The notes under the pieces are model-generated. The model searched no databases and was not told the DNA's origin. It saw only the letters and a program-made list of their open reading frames with translations. From the IMG/VR virus record IMGVR_UViG_3300012232_000014, positions 1 to 56,447 of that record: 56,447 nucleotides of DNA. One strand, written 5' to 3'. Source of the DNA: a virus (taxonomy: Duplodnaviria > Caudoviricetes). The translations under genes and the position numbers were made by a program. Shown here in pieces: positions 9,519 to 18,969 of this stretch (position 1 is the stretch's first letter; each line of letters begins with the position of its first letter).

Positions 9519-10205
9519 TTAAAATAGAACGACTTCCGCCCAACTCATCACGAGATTGACCGTCACAGTTCCGGTAGCAAGTGCAGTCGGTCCCCACAGA
9601 ACTTTCAGACCTTCAGCGATCGTCAGTACTGGAGGATGACCGTAGAGTGAGTCCGACACATACAGTTCTTGCATCGGAACTCCGGTACCCAAACCGATGA
9701 GTGCCGGAGACAAAGACGTTTGACCAAACGCCTGCGCATCCGCCGTTGACGTACCTCCAGTGATCCCGGCTGCAGCCGATGCCACGACCAATTGCGCCGC
9801 ACCAGATGTACCCATACTGGTACGCATCTTTTGGTTATTGGCCGTCGGCACGATCGACGTAATATTGGTGGTCTCACTGACGATGTACGCGCGATGAATG
9901 GTGGCGACGATCGGGTCCTGTCTCTGGGCAGTAACGGCTGTCACCACCGTTACGCCGACGAGCAACCGAGTGAGTACGAACAAGGACGTCTGATCCGTCC
10001 ATCTCGCACTCATCATGACGGAGTTTGCTGCTGGTGCGATCGCGGACGTTGATGCCGCCACTCGATAGTGACCAAGCGTTCGTCCGAATCCCGCATATTC
10101 CAATGGACGCAACGCAACACGTGCTGCAAGGAACGTCGGATCGACAGCTTGTGCAGCAGGTGCAATCGCACCGGGGTTGGCGGTACCAACGATCTGTGTC
10201 TGCAT
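9519..10205 (-). CDS. Hypothetical virion protein
   Basis: AAGGAG RBS; 228 aa; Ala/Thr-rich. Confidence 0.6.
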   Translation of the reverse strand: MQTQIVGTANPGAIAPAAQAVDPTFLAARVALRPLEYAGFGRTLGHYRVAASTSAIAPAANSVMMSARWTDQTSLFVLTRLLVGVTVVTAVTAQRQDPIVATIHRAYIVSETTNITSIVPTANNQKMRTSMGTSGAAQLVVASAAAGITGGTSTADAQAFGQTSLSPALIGLGTGVPMQELYVSDSLYGHPPVLTIAEGLKVLWGPTALATGTVTVNLVMSWAEVVLF

Positions 10206-10216
10206 CTCAATCTCCT

Positions 10217-10609
10217 TTACGTGATTTCGTCATCGCGCATGTTCTGTGCCATCTCGAGAAGATCATTCTCTTCTGGCTGCAATGGAATTGGTGCCTGGAA
10301 GACATGACCGAGCATACCACGTTGTCTAGGCTGTAATTGTGTCGGCTGGATCATGTTTGACATCGGGTGTAACCACTCTACGAGCATCTGCATACCGATC
10401 CGCGTCGCCCGCATCTCGTCAAGCATCTGTTGCGCGACGTCCTGAGACTCGACCACGCGCATGGGGTTCCCGTTTTCGTCTGCAATCGAAATGATCTGCA
10501 GTTGAACGGTCGCGATGGAACCATCCGTTTGCAGGACTTCCATCTGCAAGTTTGAAATCTTCTTGCCTGTAGAATCCGGCGCGACTTGAACGAGTGATGC
10601 ACGCGGCAT
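10217..10609 (-). CDS. Hypothetical protein
   Basis: MPRASLVQVAPDSTGKKI; start overlaps the upstream stop (TAATG). Confidence 0.6.
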   Translation of the reverse strand: MPRASLVQVAPDSTGKKISNLQMEVLQTDGSIATVQLQIISIADENGNPMRVVESQDVAQQMLDEMRATRIGMQMLVEWLHPMSNMIQPTQLQPRQRGMLGHVFQAPIPLQPEENDLLEMAQNMRDDEIT

Positions 10610-10818
10610 TAGGAGCCTCGCTTGTTCCCGTTCACCAGATGCATGTCCACGACACTGGCTGGTTGAACTTTTTGTTCCATCGACTTCGCTCGTTCGAGCA
10701 CGACATCTTTCGCGATCGAAAGCAAGCCGTAGGAGATCAGCTTGTTGTCGATGCACCCAGAGACCGACACACGTCCAGCATCGTCCATCACGATTTCCAG
10801 CCTCGCGACTTCAGCCAT
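10609..10818 (-). CDS. Hypothetical protein
   Basis: MAEVARLEIVMDDAGRVSVSG; packed between neighbours. Confidence 0.55.
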   Translation of the reverse strand: MAEVARLEIVMDDAGRVSVSGCIDNKLISYGLLSIAKDVVLERAKSMEQKVQPASVVDMHLVNGNKRGS

Positions 10819-10823
10819 GTCTT

Positions 10824-11240
10824 TCACCGTATCCTTATCAACGCTGTAAGTGACGTGGGCTCTGGCAGCGTTACCAGAAAGTTCCCATTGGTGCTCGTGT
10901 AGTCTTGACCGAGATCGAGCACCGCAACGGCTCGGTTTTGTTTGGATGCATTGTAGATCAACGCTCCGCGTGCGGTGATCGTGGCCATCGGCCAGAGCGG
11001 ATCCGCCCAATCTAGGTAGGCTACTCGGTTCGATAGCTGGGCCTGATATCCCGACAAGGCCTGACCGCCTGCATCGTAGCCTTGTGAGCCGATCACTTCC
11101 CCATCAGTGGTATACACCGTGGTCGCTGGAGAAAGTTCGGCCTTGGACGAGTACAGCGCCATACGATACACGTCGGACGGGGCGTGGATCCCGAGCAGGA
11201 TCTCGAGACGGAACGAATCGGCCACACCTTGAATGATCAT
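10824..11240 (-). CDS. Small fibre/baseplate-type virion protein
   Basis: SFRLEILLGIH...YRMALY...TTVYTTDGEV...GY.AGG...TITARGALIYN...AVAVLDLG, a pattern I recognise from phage structural regions. Confidence 0.7.
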   Translation of the reverse strand: MIIQGVADSFRLEILLGIHAPSDVYRMALYSSKAELSPATTVYTTDGEVIGSQGYDAGGQALSGYQAQLSNRVAYLDWADPLWPMATITARGALIYNASKQNRAVAVLDLGQDYTSTNGNFLVTLPEPTSLTALIRIR

Positions 11241-11380
11241 GCGTTCTCCGGATGATGCTTGTAGTACTCAATGGTTCGCAGTCGTTTCAACGCCTTGGCG
11301 CGTGAGGATGGCTTGGACAGACGTTTCTTTCCGTCCTGACTCATCACCACGTACTTTCGAGGACCAACACGTTTCAACAT
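11237..11380 (-). CDS. Small basic protein (47 aa)
   Basis: Read manually: MLKRVGPRKYVVMSQDGKKRLSKPSSRAKALKRLRTIEYYKHHPENA; exactly fills the gap after the portal gene. Confidence 0.7.
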   Translation of the reverse strand: MLKRVGPRKYVVMSQDGKKRLSKPSSRAKALKRLRTIEYYKHHPENA

Positions 11381-11381
11381 G

Positions 11382-12860
11382 TTACTCTTCCGTCACTTGA
11401 TACTTGACGGCACCATCCGGACCCGTGATGGTTTTCTTTTTCGGCGGAACCACCGGTGGCTGAGGCTCCGGATTGTTTTTCTTTTCTTCCGCGATTTCGG
11501 CTTCAATCGATTTCAACTCGTCTTCCGGTGAGATCCCTTCGCGTGTCCATCCACCGGTCTTGAGAATGTTGTACCACGTTGCATAGCTGATCTTGTGTTC
11601 TTGCAAGGATTGCAATGCCGCCTGAATGTCTTGCGAGGATGCCTTGATGTTCAGGTACTCCTTGTTGAGTTCGACACTGGCTTCGGTATCGGCCGGTTTG
11701 TCTTCCGTGCCGGTCCACCAGGCCACCGTCTGGAGTACCATTGATAAGCCGAGTTCGATCGATCCCGCGATGGTGCGAAGATTCGCCACATCTCCGGCAT
11801 GCCGCATACGAACGGCGGATGCGGTCTCCTGTACGGTTGCAGAATCCTCTAGCAGTCGGGCACCTAGCGTGGCCATCTGCTTTTTCTTCTCACTCATCGC
11901 GGTGGAAATGGACGCCAGACCCTGCCCGGTGAACTCCAACATGCCGGCATGCCCGCCCTGATCGAGCTCCCAGACTTTGCTAGGACCAATCGGTAACGGT
12001 TCCGTACTGGAGTTCTTTGCTCCGGCCACCCATGGTGTGGGCAAGGCCACAAGATGAAGGCCGTATTCGTAATCTACACTATTGCGCCAATGTCCGAGAT
12101 TGACATCGGCTAGATCAATCAATGGCGGCGTCTCGAGATCTGGCGTGACATTGCTCGGACAAATGAACACGAACGGAATGAAGTTGAGTGCAATACCACG
12201 ACGCACGAGCGTGGTCCTCCCCAATGAGATCCACTCGCGATCTCCACCGGTCTTCTCTTGTTCCTGATATAACTCGACGGTTGCAATGCCGGCTTCGAGT
12301 CGGAGCACGCGATACTGCGTTACGGTGAGACAAACGAATGGATCCTTGGGATCCGGCGTTTCCTTTCGCTCACGCAGCACCAAGTGGTACAGCATGTCGT
12401 CGCCACCGATACGGGTGGTACGCCAATTGATAATGTCTTCGGCACAGTAGCCCACGCAGTACGGCCGACCATCGGTGACCGGTTCTGGAGGCATGTCCGT
12501 CAAGATGCCGTACCGTCCGACCAACATGATCTCTTTGCCGACGGCCTGTGAAAACATCTCGAAGGGAATGTTGGTCAGTGTAATGTCGTCGAGATAGGTC
12601 TTGATGGCTTCCGGGAATTCGACTTCAGCCGGTTCTTGATAGATCGCCCCGGTCATGCCTTCGGTCGTGCGTTTGACCGCGTTGTAGAAATTTCCCCGTT
12701 CACGGTAGGCTTGATTCTCTGCCACGTCCTTCGCTGGAAGAGATGGACAGTAGCGAACTCCAGCCTTGAGGATAGCGTCCCGACCGCCGAAGCAGTCGCG
12801 TAGTCGTGACCACTTCACGCGCATCTCGTCGTAGTCGGTACGTGTACTGTCTACCGGCAT
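11382..12860 (-). CDS. Portal protein (DUF4055-like)
   Basis: AYRERGNFYN, VGRYGILTD, AEDIINWR, PPLIDLADVNLGHWRNSVDY and MATLGARLL motifs. Confidence 0.9.
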   Translation of the reverse strand: MPVDSTRTDYDEMRVKWSRLRDCFGGRDAILKAGVRYCPSLPAKDVAENQAYRERGNFYNAVKRTTEGMTGAIYQEPAEVEFPEAIKTYLDDITLTNIPFEMFSQAVGKEIMLVGRYGILTDMPPEPVTDGRPYCVGYCAEDIINWRTTRIGGDDMLYHLVLRERKETPDPKDPFVCLTVTQYRVLRLEAGIATVELYQEQEKTGGDREWISLGRTTLVRRGIALNFIPFVFICPSNVTPDLETPPLIDLADVNLGHWRNSVDYEYGLHLVALPTPWVAGAKNSSTEPLPIGPSKVWELDQGGHAGMLEFTGQGLASISTAMSEKKKQMATLGARLLEDSATVQETASAVRMRHAGDVANLRTIAGSIELGLSMVLQTVAWWTGTEDKPADTEASVELNKEYLNIKASSQDIQAALQSLQEHKISYATWYNILKTGGWTREGISPEDELKSIEAEIAEEKKNNPEPQPPVVPPKKKTITGPDGAVKYQVTEE

Positions 12861-12862
12861 GA

Positions 12863-13162
12863 CTATGAATCCTTGGGACAGAAGTCCCGCAGGCCGACGG
12901 TGGGAAGCACCGGTTGATACAGTTGATTGGGATTCTGAAAGCCGGGATTGAAGGTCAGCTGCTCGATGAAGAGATCGGCACCGGCAATGAGCGCATCACG
13001 TTCTTCCGAGGTGAGCGTCCATCTCGAGATGCACCGTCCCTCTGGTCCATCCAGTTGCACCAACGGCAACGGCCGATACTGCGGTTGATCTTTCGCCAAC
13101 ACCCGGACTTGATGGGGTGGCAGGAAAGCACGATCCTCGTCCTCGATCATCACCGGTTCCAT
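12863..13162 (-). CDS. Hypothetical phage protein
   Basis: AKDQPQYRPLP...ISRWTLTSEER...QLTFN..QPV; between terminase and portal genes. Confidence 0.7.
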   Translation of the reverse strand: MEPVMIEDEDRAFLPPHQVRVLAKDQPQYRPLPLVQLDGPEGRCISRWTLTSEERDALIAGADLFIEQLTFNPGFQNPNQLYQPVLPTVGLRDFCPKDS

Positions 13163-13164
13163 GA

Positions 13165-14631
13165 TTACCCCCAACACGCTTCGCGAACACGAACTTCCGA
13201 ATTGCCACCGGTGTACACGAGATTCGACAGCATCATGCTATCGGCATCATCCGGTGATGGTTTTCCTCTGGCGCGAATGTCATCCTTAGATTCCATTTGA
13301 ATCTGGCCGCGTGAGTTCCGTTTGTATCGCAGGTCCACGAGTTGCGCGGCCAGATCGTCGTCATCCGCGTCAATGTCTACGAGACCGGCTTGGAAGAGTT
13401 CGCGGAGTCCCCAGTAGCCTTCGGCACGGATGTTCGCGAAGTGCTCTTTGTCCTTCGCAGGCTTGGAGACATTGACACCTTCTACCACCTTGGCGATCGG
13501 TTGTGAGACTTTCAGTTCGGCCGCACGGTTGACCACCCCACGACCAATGCCGATCTCATCTATCTTCGCCTTGGTAATGAGTTGCTCGGGTGGGGCAGCG
13601 GCCAGAATGGCCAGCAGTTCTCCGCAGGTCTCCATGGTGTCTGGCGTCTGTGTGCGTTTCACAATCCGGAAACGTGGACCGTGTCGTACGCAGAAGGTGC
13701 TGTTGTTGGTCCCTCCGCCGACGTCCACTCCAAGCTCGATGGGAAGTGCGGGAGGCAAGTCCCGCAGCTGCGCATTCTTGATCCACTTGATCGGGATGAG
13801 TCCATCGGTGGTGGTGTCGGGGAAGCGCCCGAGCACTTTACTGATCCAGAATGGATTCGCTTCGCCCCACTTGCGGCGTTTCTCCTCCACCCACAGGGGA
13901 CCGACCAGCAACGGTCGGATGCGATCCGGGACCGGCTCCTTGGTAAAGTTCGGGGTATCGAACGCGGAAATGGGAATGACATGCCAACCGGAGCCGGGTT
14001 TGCAAATGTTCGCGAATTCTGTTTCGGGATCGTCCGGGTTCCCGATGGCGAGGAACCGGGAATCGTCATTGGCGATGAGCGAGTCGGCTGCTTCCCACAG
14101 TGCGGTACTGTTGATGCCTCCGGCTTCGTCAAAAATCACCAGCACATATCTGGCATGAATCCCTTGGAACGCAGCCGGATCCATATCATCCGGCTTCATG
14201 CCGAACGCGACGAGCTCCTCTTTCCCTGCCGTGGTGGGGAGGAACCACTCGGTTTGATTCGTGCGGCCAATGAGATTGGACTTGCCGTGCGCGCGATTGA
14301 TCTCACGCCAGAGAATGTTTCGGACTTGTCTCGCCGTCGGAGCGGAGGTGACCACGAAGGCTTCACCGATCGGATGGGTACAGATCCAATGGGCCGCGAT
14401 GCGTGCCGCGAGAAAGGACTTGCCGGATCCGTGACAGGACGGGACGGCGGTCTTGCGGTTCAATTGTACTGACTCCACGATGAGCCGTTGCTTGGACCAC
14501 AAGAACTCTTTCAACACGTCAGTCATCCAACGGACTGGATCCGACAAATGTTGCCGACGATGGAGCTCCGCCTGAATCGCGGCCAATTCCGCAACCGGAT
14601 TCCTCGAACGAAGTGCAGAGGTTCGGCTCAT
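13165..14631 (-). CDS. terL: Terminase large subunit
   Basis: Walker A SCHGSGKS, Walker B LVIFDEAGG, IGNP coupling motif, nuclease motifs LGVDVG and SPDDADS. Confidence 0.95.
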   Translation of the reverse strand: MSRTSALRSRNPVAELAAIQAELHRRQHLSDPVRWMTDVLKEFLWSKQRLIVESVQLNRKTAVPSCHGSGKSFLAARIAAHWICTHPIGEAFVVTSAPTARQVRNILWREINRAHGKSNLIGRTNQTEWFLPTTAGKEELVAFGMKPDDMDPAAFQGIHARYVLVIFDEAGGINSTALWEAADSLIANDDSRFLAIGNPDDPETEFANICKPGSGWHVIPISAFDTPNFTKEPVPDRIRPLLVGPLWVEEKRRKWGEANPFWISKVLGRFPDTTTDGLIPIKWIKNAQLRDLPPALPIELGVDVGGGTNNSTFCVRHGPRFRIVKRTQTPDTMETCGELLAILAAAPPEQLITKAKIDEIGIGRGVVNRAAELKVSQPIAKVVEGVNVSKPAKDKEHFANIRAEGYWGLRELFQAGLVDIDADDDDLAAQLVDLRYKRNSRGQIQMESKDDIRARGKPSPDDADSMMLSNLVYTGGNSEVRVREACWG

Positions 14632-14891
14632 TCGCCTTTCTGGATTACCAGGACGCGGTCGTACCGATAGATGCGGACCGGCTTGAACACGCCATCCTGA
14701 TCTGGATCACCGGAGTGATCGGGCTGGACGATGAGGTAATTGGCGTGCGGAGCCTGCTGATCACGACCCAGGACGATTTGTTGCACCTGCGCCCGCACGA
14801 GAAATTCATGTGACAGGTGATGGCTCGGATACACGATGATATCGTTCTGATCGATGCGTTGATTCAGGAAGTCGCGAAGGGCGACGGGCAT
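14628..14891 (-). CDS. Hypothetical protein (possible SH3-like)
   Basis: AAGGA RBS; ATGA overlap with terL. Confidence 0.6.
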   Translation of the reverse strand: MPVALRDFLNQRIDQNDIIVYPSHHLSHEFLVRAQVQQIVLGRDQQAPHANYLIVQPDHSGDPDQDGVFKPVRIYRYDRVLVIQKGE

Positions 14892-14906
14892 GAGTCGGGT
14901 CCTTTA

Positions 14907-15164
14907 TCAAACGGGCACGGTTTCAGATACCGGCCGAATTTTGTGTGATGGTTTATAGATGCGAATCGGATCGTCGTCGGCAATCGGCGGATCAGGGAGT
15001 GGGCGGTCTTTCTGGGGGTATAACGCCGTGATGCAGGTGAGACACAAGGTACATTTCGCATCCTGACAATTTCGGATGAGATCGATGGCGTGCATGTACC
15101 GTAGCATCTCTTGGTAGAGTTCTTCATAGCTCGGGAGCCGGTCAGTGCTGGCCAACCGTGACAT
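14907..15164 (-). CDS. Hypothetical protein with a CxxxxCxxCxxC cluster
   Basis: NCQDAKCTLCLTC; start uncertain (15164 or 15197). Confidence 0.5.
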   Translation of the reverse strand: MSRLASTDRLPSYEELYQEMLRYMHAIDLIRNCQDAKCTLCLTCITALYPQKDRPLPDPPIADDDPIRIYKPSHKIRPVSETVPV

Positions 15165-15336
15165 TGGGGCGACGTACTGTGAGGGTTCGTCCTTCACATT
15201 GTGCGGGAACGTCCGTGAGCACGATGAGCGGCCGTGGTTGTGTGAAGGTCAGGTTCCGTCGCAAGGCGTGCAGACCTTCGCGCAACAACCAACGATTCGG
15301 TTGACGGGAGGGTAACAGATAGTAGTCGTCGCTCAT
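15142..15336 (-). CDS. Hypothetical protein
   Basis: GGAG RBS before MSDDYYLLP. Confidence 0.45.
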   Translation of the reverse strand: MSDDYYLLPSRQPNRWLLREGLHALRRNLTFTQPRPLIVLTDVPAQCEGRTLTVRRPNVTVGQH

Positions 15337-15421
15337 CGACTCATCTCCCACGCGATTGTCGTTTCCACGAAGGCGCGGAGCACGTCCGGATGTGCGACGA
15401 ACCATGTCCAGAGATTCGAGG

Positions 15422-15649
15422 TCATTTGAACCAATCCAAACCGAAGAGTGACCGCCGTGTCAGGCGTCGTGGGGAACCGGCAATCACGCCGGCGAGAATG
15501 CCCATCGGCAAGACACCAAGGGACTGCGCTTGCGTAGCCTTCGCGATCAGGAGCTCCATCTTGCGGAGTGCCTCATCGAGTTGCGTGGTGTCGCAGTGGA
15601 TTTCTATTTCCACTTCGCCGGCACGAATGCGACCGTTGACATCAGCCAT
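15422..15649 (-). CDS. Hypothetical protein
   Basis: MADVNGRIRAG...; packed in the late operon. Confidence 0.5.
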   Translation of the reverse strand: MADVNGRIRAGEVEIEIHCDTTQLDEALRKMELLIAKATQAQSLGVLPMGILAGVIAGSPRRLTRRSLFGLDWFK

Positions 15650-15715
15650 AAAGTGGCACCTGTTGAAAATTGAATTGCAGTGCGTGATGGTACGGCATGC
15701 AATCACGAATGCATT

Positions 15716-15985
15716 TCAGGGCCGTCTACTCCTCCGTACTTTTTTCTTCGGTGCGCTGTCAGTTTCTTTTTCTTCGTCGGCGATCATCTCATCGAGTTCG
15801 TCAACAATTTCTTCCGGCTTCGGCTTGCCGAACTCCGCTGCCTCGACAGGATCCTCGCACCATCCAGGTTCGAGTGCATCAAAGTCTTCTTGCGTCTGCA
15901 CTACGATTGGATACTCGCTGTGCTGCGAACGAACGAACGCGTCGGTGTCCTTGTGATAGAGCGTAACGGGGAACGTCTTTGCCAT
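15716..15985 (-). CDS. Hypothetical protein, acidic with a basic tail
   Basis: AAAGGA RBS; FPVTLYH...IVVQTQEDFDALEPGW. Confidence 0.65.
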   Translation of the reverse strand: MAKTFPVTLYHKDTDAFVRSQHSEYPIVVQTQEDFDALEPGWCEDPVEAAEFGKPKPEEIVDELDEMIADEEKETDSAPKKKVRRSRRP

Positions 15986-16110
15986 TACCGTTTCCTTTCT
16001 CTCGAGAGTAGTTGGCCACCACGGCAACGCGCCAACATGACGCGATCGCGTGCATTAAAAGAAGGTAGGAGATATCCGTCCTGTGTTACCCCGATACCGC
16101 GAATGCTCAT
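15985..16110 (-). CDS. Possible 41-aa protein
   Basis: AGGAG RBS; MSIRGIGVTQDG...RERKR; TAATG coupling to the next gene. Confidence 0.4.
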   Translation of the reverse strand: MSIRGIGVTQDGYLLPSFNARDRVMLARCRGGQLLSRERKR

Positions 16111-16154
16111 GTGATATGCTCCTACCTCTCTACCGGGAGTCCCTGTACCGGGGG

Positions 16155-16604
16155 TTATCCGGTCTTCGTGTTTCCGCCGTGCGCGAGGAGGGAGGCTATT
16201 TCCAGAGCCCTACCCCGCAACTCTTGCGGCGTCAACTGTGCGAGTTCTTGCTGCATGCTGAGCACACCAGAGTGCTCGACCATTTCTTTCGGCTTCCCCT
16301 TGGCGTAATACCAGAGCATACATTCCACCGCTGGACGTAACCGTCGTGCCCGGAGATCCGCCATGAGTTTTTTTCGATATGCGGGATCCTCAATCATCTG
16401 CGCGCATTCGAGTTTCGTGACGGTCGAGACGTGATGGAGTTTTTTCTCCGTGCGCGTGTTGCTGGATCGCTGCACGCCATACGCACATGGGCCGGAATGT
16501 TGCGTCGGCTTCATGCAGGCCTGCAGTGTTTTATTTTTCTTGCCGCAACGCGGCGTGATGCCTGGTGCACGTGTGTTGCGTACGATTGTGATTCGCGTTT
16601 TCAT
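16155..16604 (-). CDS. Probable terminase small subunit
   Basis: First gene of the late arm; LWYYAKGKPKEMVEHSG...LTPQELR resembles TerS C-termini. Confidence 0.6.
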   Translation of the reverse strand: MKTRITIVRNTRAPGITPRCGKKNKTLQACMKPTQHSGPCAYGVQRSSNTRTEKKLHHVSTVTKLECAQMIEDPAYRKKLMADLRARRLRPAVECMLWYYAKGKPKEMVEHSGVLSMQQELAQLTPQELRGRALEIASLLAHGGNTKTG

Positions 16605-17198
16605 CGAATTTACGCACCATTCATGAGTGATTCTGGCAGTGCGAAAACTCTATATAGTTATGCGTGAAATTTACCGCATAAATATATAGAGTTTTGACAG
16701 TGTCGAACATCGCACTTTATGCGTGAGTCGGGTCGTTCCCCACCTAGTATAACCCCGGAAGAAACCCCCGAACCGCCTGACATCTAACGCTAGTTATTTT
16801 CATGCCCGCTGAGTCCAACCCCATTTTTCCCCAATTCAAGTCGAGATCGTGATGGGGGGGATATCCCCCGTGTTTTGGCCCTTTGTTCGTTCTTTCTCAG
16901 CACTCGCTCAGCACCTCAGCACCCGTTACACCCATTAATTGCTGACGCAATCATCTAAGTAGTATCTCATTCCTAAGGATTTTTCTGTATTCTTTTTTAT
17001 TGAAAGACAAGCGAATCAGCGAACCCCCCCCCACACCGCTTCTTTGACTTGAATTCTGCCAATCCATCAATTCATCCCCGTATTTCCTAACCTTTTTCAT
17101 GTTTCCGCACGCCCACGCCCACCCCGGTTCCCGGCCGAAACAAACCTGTAGCGGTTTAACCCTTAAACCTATACAATCTCCGGCCTGGAGGAACGTGT
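16605..17198. promoter_or_regulatory. Divergent control region between the late (-) and early (+) arms
   Basis: AT-richer and non-coding; minus-strand TATACT at 16746-16751; plus-strand TACAAT at 17172-17177; several repeats. Confidence 0.7.
16644..16695. repeat. 21-bp inverted repeat with one mismatch
   Basis: AAAACTCTATATAGTTATGCG-N10-CGCATAAATATATAGAGTTTT. Confidence 0.9.
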
Positions 17199-17402
17199 AT
17201 GAACATATTGGGTGAAGACTTTCCGAAGCAACAAGCACGCCTACGCACGCTACTCGGCTATGGAAAGGAGATTGGCCCGGCCGGAGCGTTCTACTGTGCG
17301 GTGATTGAAGACCTGCTGGCACGCGCCGATCGGGCCGTCATGACACAGGATCTCCCAGCGATGATCCGTCTGTATCATGAAATGCAAGAGATCAAAGAAT
17401 GA
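17199..17402 (+). CDS. Hypothetical phage protein
   Basis: GGAGG RBS; LGEDFPKQQARLR...IGPAGAF. Confidence 0.75.
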   Translation: MNILGEDFPKQQARLRTLLGYGKEIGPAGAFYCAVIEDLLARADRAVMTQDLPAMIRLYHEMQEIKE

Positions 17403-17602
17403 TTGTGATCTGTTCGTACACGGCGTTCCCGTTGCCGTTACCGTTCGGCCCATGGCCAGCGAACGATCCCTCGACCGGTACCTCCTGCCTCATCGTGCTC
17501 TATCGTCCCGCCACACGCGACGAGTACGAAGCCAGCCAACACGCACAAGGTCTGCCCATTGATACGGAGGCTCGATACTTCTATGAAGTTAGTATGGATT
17601 AG
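17399..17602 (+). CDS. Hypothetical protein
   Basis: ATGA coupling to the previous gene. Confidence 0.6.
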   Translation: MIVICSYTAFPLPLPFGPWPANDPSTGTSCLIVLYRPATRDEYEASQHAQGLPIDTEARYFYEVSMD

Positions 17603-17691
17603 CAAACTCACGCACGGCACCGTCCTACTGGCACTCCTCGCCTGCATGACCTGGGCCGTCCTCACCGCAAAGAAAGAAAAGGACATGCATC

Positions 17692-18150
17692 ATGGCTGAT
17701 CCTACCTACACTGTTGGTATCAACAGTCCAGAGACGGACGCGTTCGAAGCGTGGTGGCGCGAGTTCGGCTGCAAACTCGTCGGCCATCCGCGCATGATCA
17801 CCCGGACCATTGCCGAAGCTTCGTGGTACGCGGCATCTGGCCGGACCCTCAATCATGCCCGCGAGCTCACCATTCTGCAACACGCGATTCGTACCCATCG
17901 CGATGCCCGAGGCGATGACCGATGCTGGATGGATGATGAAGATCTCTATCGCCTGCTGCCGGAAGGGTACACACCACCCACACGCGATGCAGCGGTGGAA
18001 CTGGACGCCTGCAAACGCTTCATTGCCTGCCGGCACAACCCGGCCACGCACTATCACTCCCCACAACGCGAGATCGAACGACTCACCGGGGAACGCGATC
18101 GTGCGATCGCCAAACTGATATCCATTGGTTCCGTATTGGCCCAGCCCTAA
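17692..18150 (+). CDS. Hypothetical protein
   Basis: AAAGGA RBS; AIRTHRDARGDDRCWMDDEDLYRLLPEG motif. Confidence 0.7.
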   Translation: MADPTYTVGINSPETDAFEAWWREFGCKLVGHPRMITRTIAEASWYAASGRTLNHARELTILQHAIRTHRDARGDDRCWMDDEDLYRLLPEGYTPPTRDAAVELDACKRFIACRHNPATHYHSPQREIERLTGERDRAIAKLISIGSVLAQP

Positions 18151-18160
18151 AGGAGTTACC

Positions 18161-18529
18161 ATGCATGCCAAAGAACTCGATGAGATGGTCCGCACCGCGT
18201 CCACGCTCCAACTCGTCCTCAACGGGACGTTCTCCATTCCCGTCCTCTGTATCCACTGCACGACGACTCCCTCAAACGATCTCTTCATCGAACTCCGATC
18301 CTCCGATACGCCGGAGCTCGGTACGCTGCCGCTGTCTGATATCGCCAGAGGGGCTCTGGAAAAAGTCCGACGAGCGAAACAACTGGCCGAGGATCTCGTA
18401 TCCGCCTCCGCCAACAATCGCGCGGTGGCGGTCGCCATGTACACACAGGAAATCCTTCGGCTCGAACGTCGTACCCAAGAGATCGGTCATGTGAAACCGG
18501 AAACTCACTTCACCCTCAAGGCAGAGTAG
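18161..18529 (+). CDS. Hypothetical protein
   Basis: AAGGAG RBS. Confidence 0.65.
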   Translation: MHAKELDEMVRTASTLQLVLNGTFSIPVLCIHCTTTPSNDLFIELRSSDTPELGTLPLSDIARGALEKVRRAKQLAEDLVSASANNRAVAVAMYTQEILRLERRTQEIGHVKPETHFTLKAE

Positions 18530-18531
18530 TC

Positions 18532-18677
18532 ATGCCTATCTGGGATTTTATTTGCGAAAACTGTAAGGAGATCAAGTGGGATCAGTTCGGCCCCCCAGCA
18601 CTGCCCCATGCATAAGTTCTTGCTTGTCCTGTGGATGTTCTGCGCATCCTCTGGCGTCGAAAGGAGATATGGTAATC
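18532..18677 (+). pseudogene. FmdB-like zinc ribbon interrupted by a frameshift at a C6 run
   Basis: MPIWDFICENC in one frame; the second pair (CLSCG) is in the -1 frame after C CCC CCA at 18591-18597. Confidence 0.5.
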
Positions 18678-18965
18678 ATGCCGCTGTACGACTATAAATG
18701 TCCGAAATGTGGTGCAGAAGAGGAAGTCCTGGTACGACGCGCAACCGATCTTGTGCTCTGTCATGGAATCTGCAACCGGCCCAGCGCCAAGCGACTTCCT
18801 CCGGGTGAGATCGGGCCAATCACCCAGCAGTGCATGGAACGGCAATTTCCGAATCGGTCCTCCTTCGTCATGCACGGCTACTCCGAAGCCAACGGGTACG
18901 CGGGCAAACGCACCGTGACCCGATACATCAACGGGATCAAAACCATAACCGATGTGGTGGACTAA
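18678..18965 (+). CDS. FmdB-family zinc ribbon protein
   Basis: MPLYDYKCPKCGAEEEV...CHGIC; AAGGAG RBS. Confidence 0.8.
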   Translation: MPLYDYKCPKCGAEEEVLVRRATDLVLCHGICNRPSAKRLPPGEIGPITQQCMERQFPNRSSFVMHGYSEANGYAGKRTVTRYINGIKTITDVVD

Positions 18966-18969
18966 CCTT

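Noticed and set aside
13430-14472. Long plus-strand ORFs (242 and 296 aa)
   Set aside because: Antisense shadows of terL.
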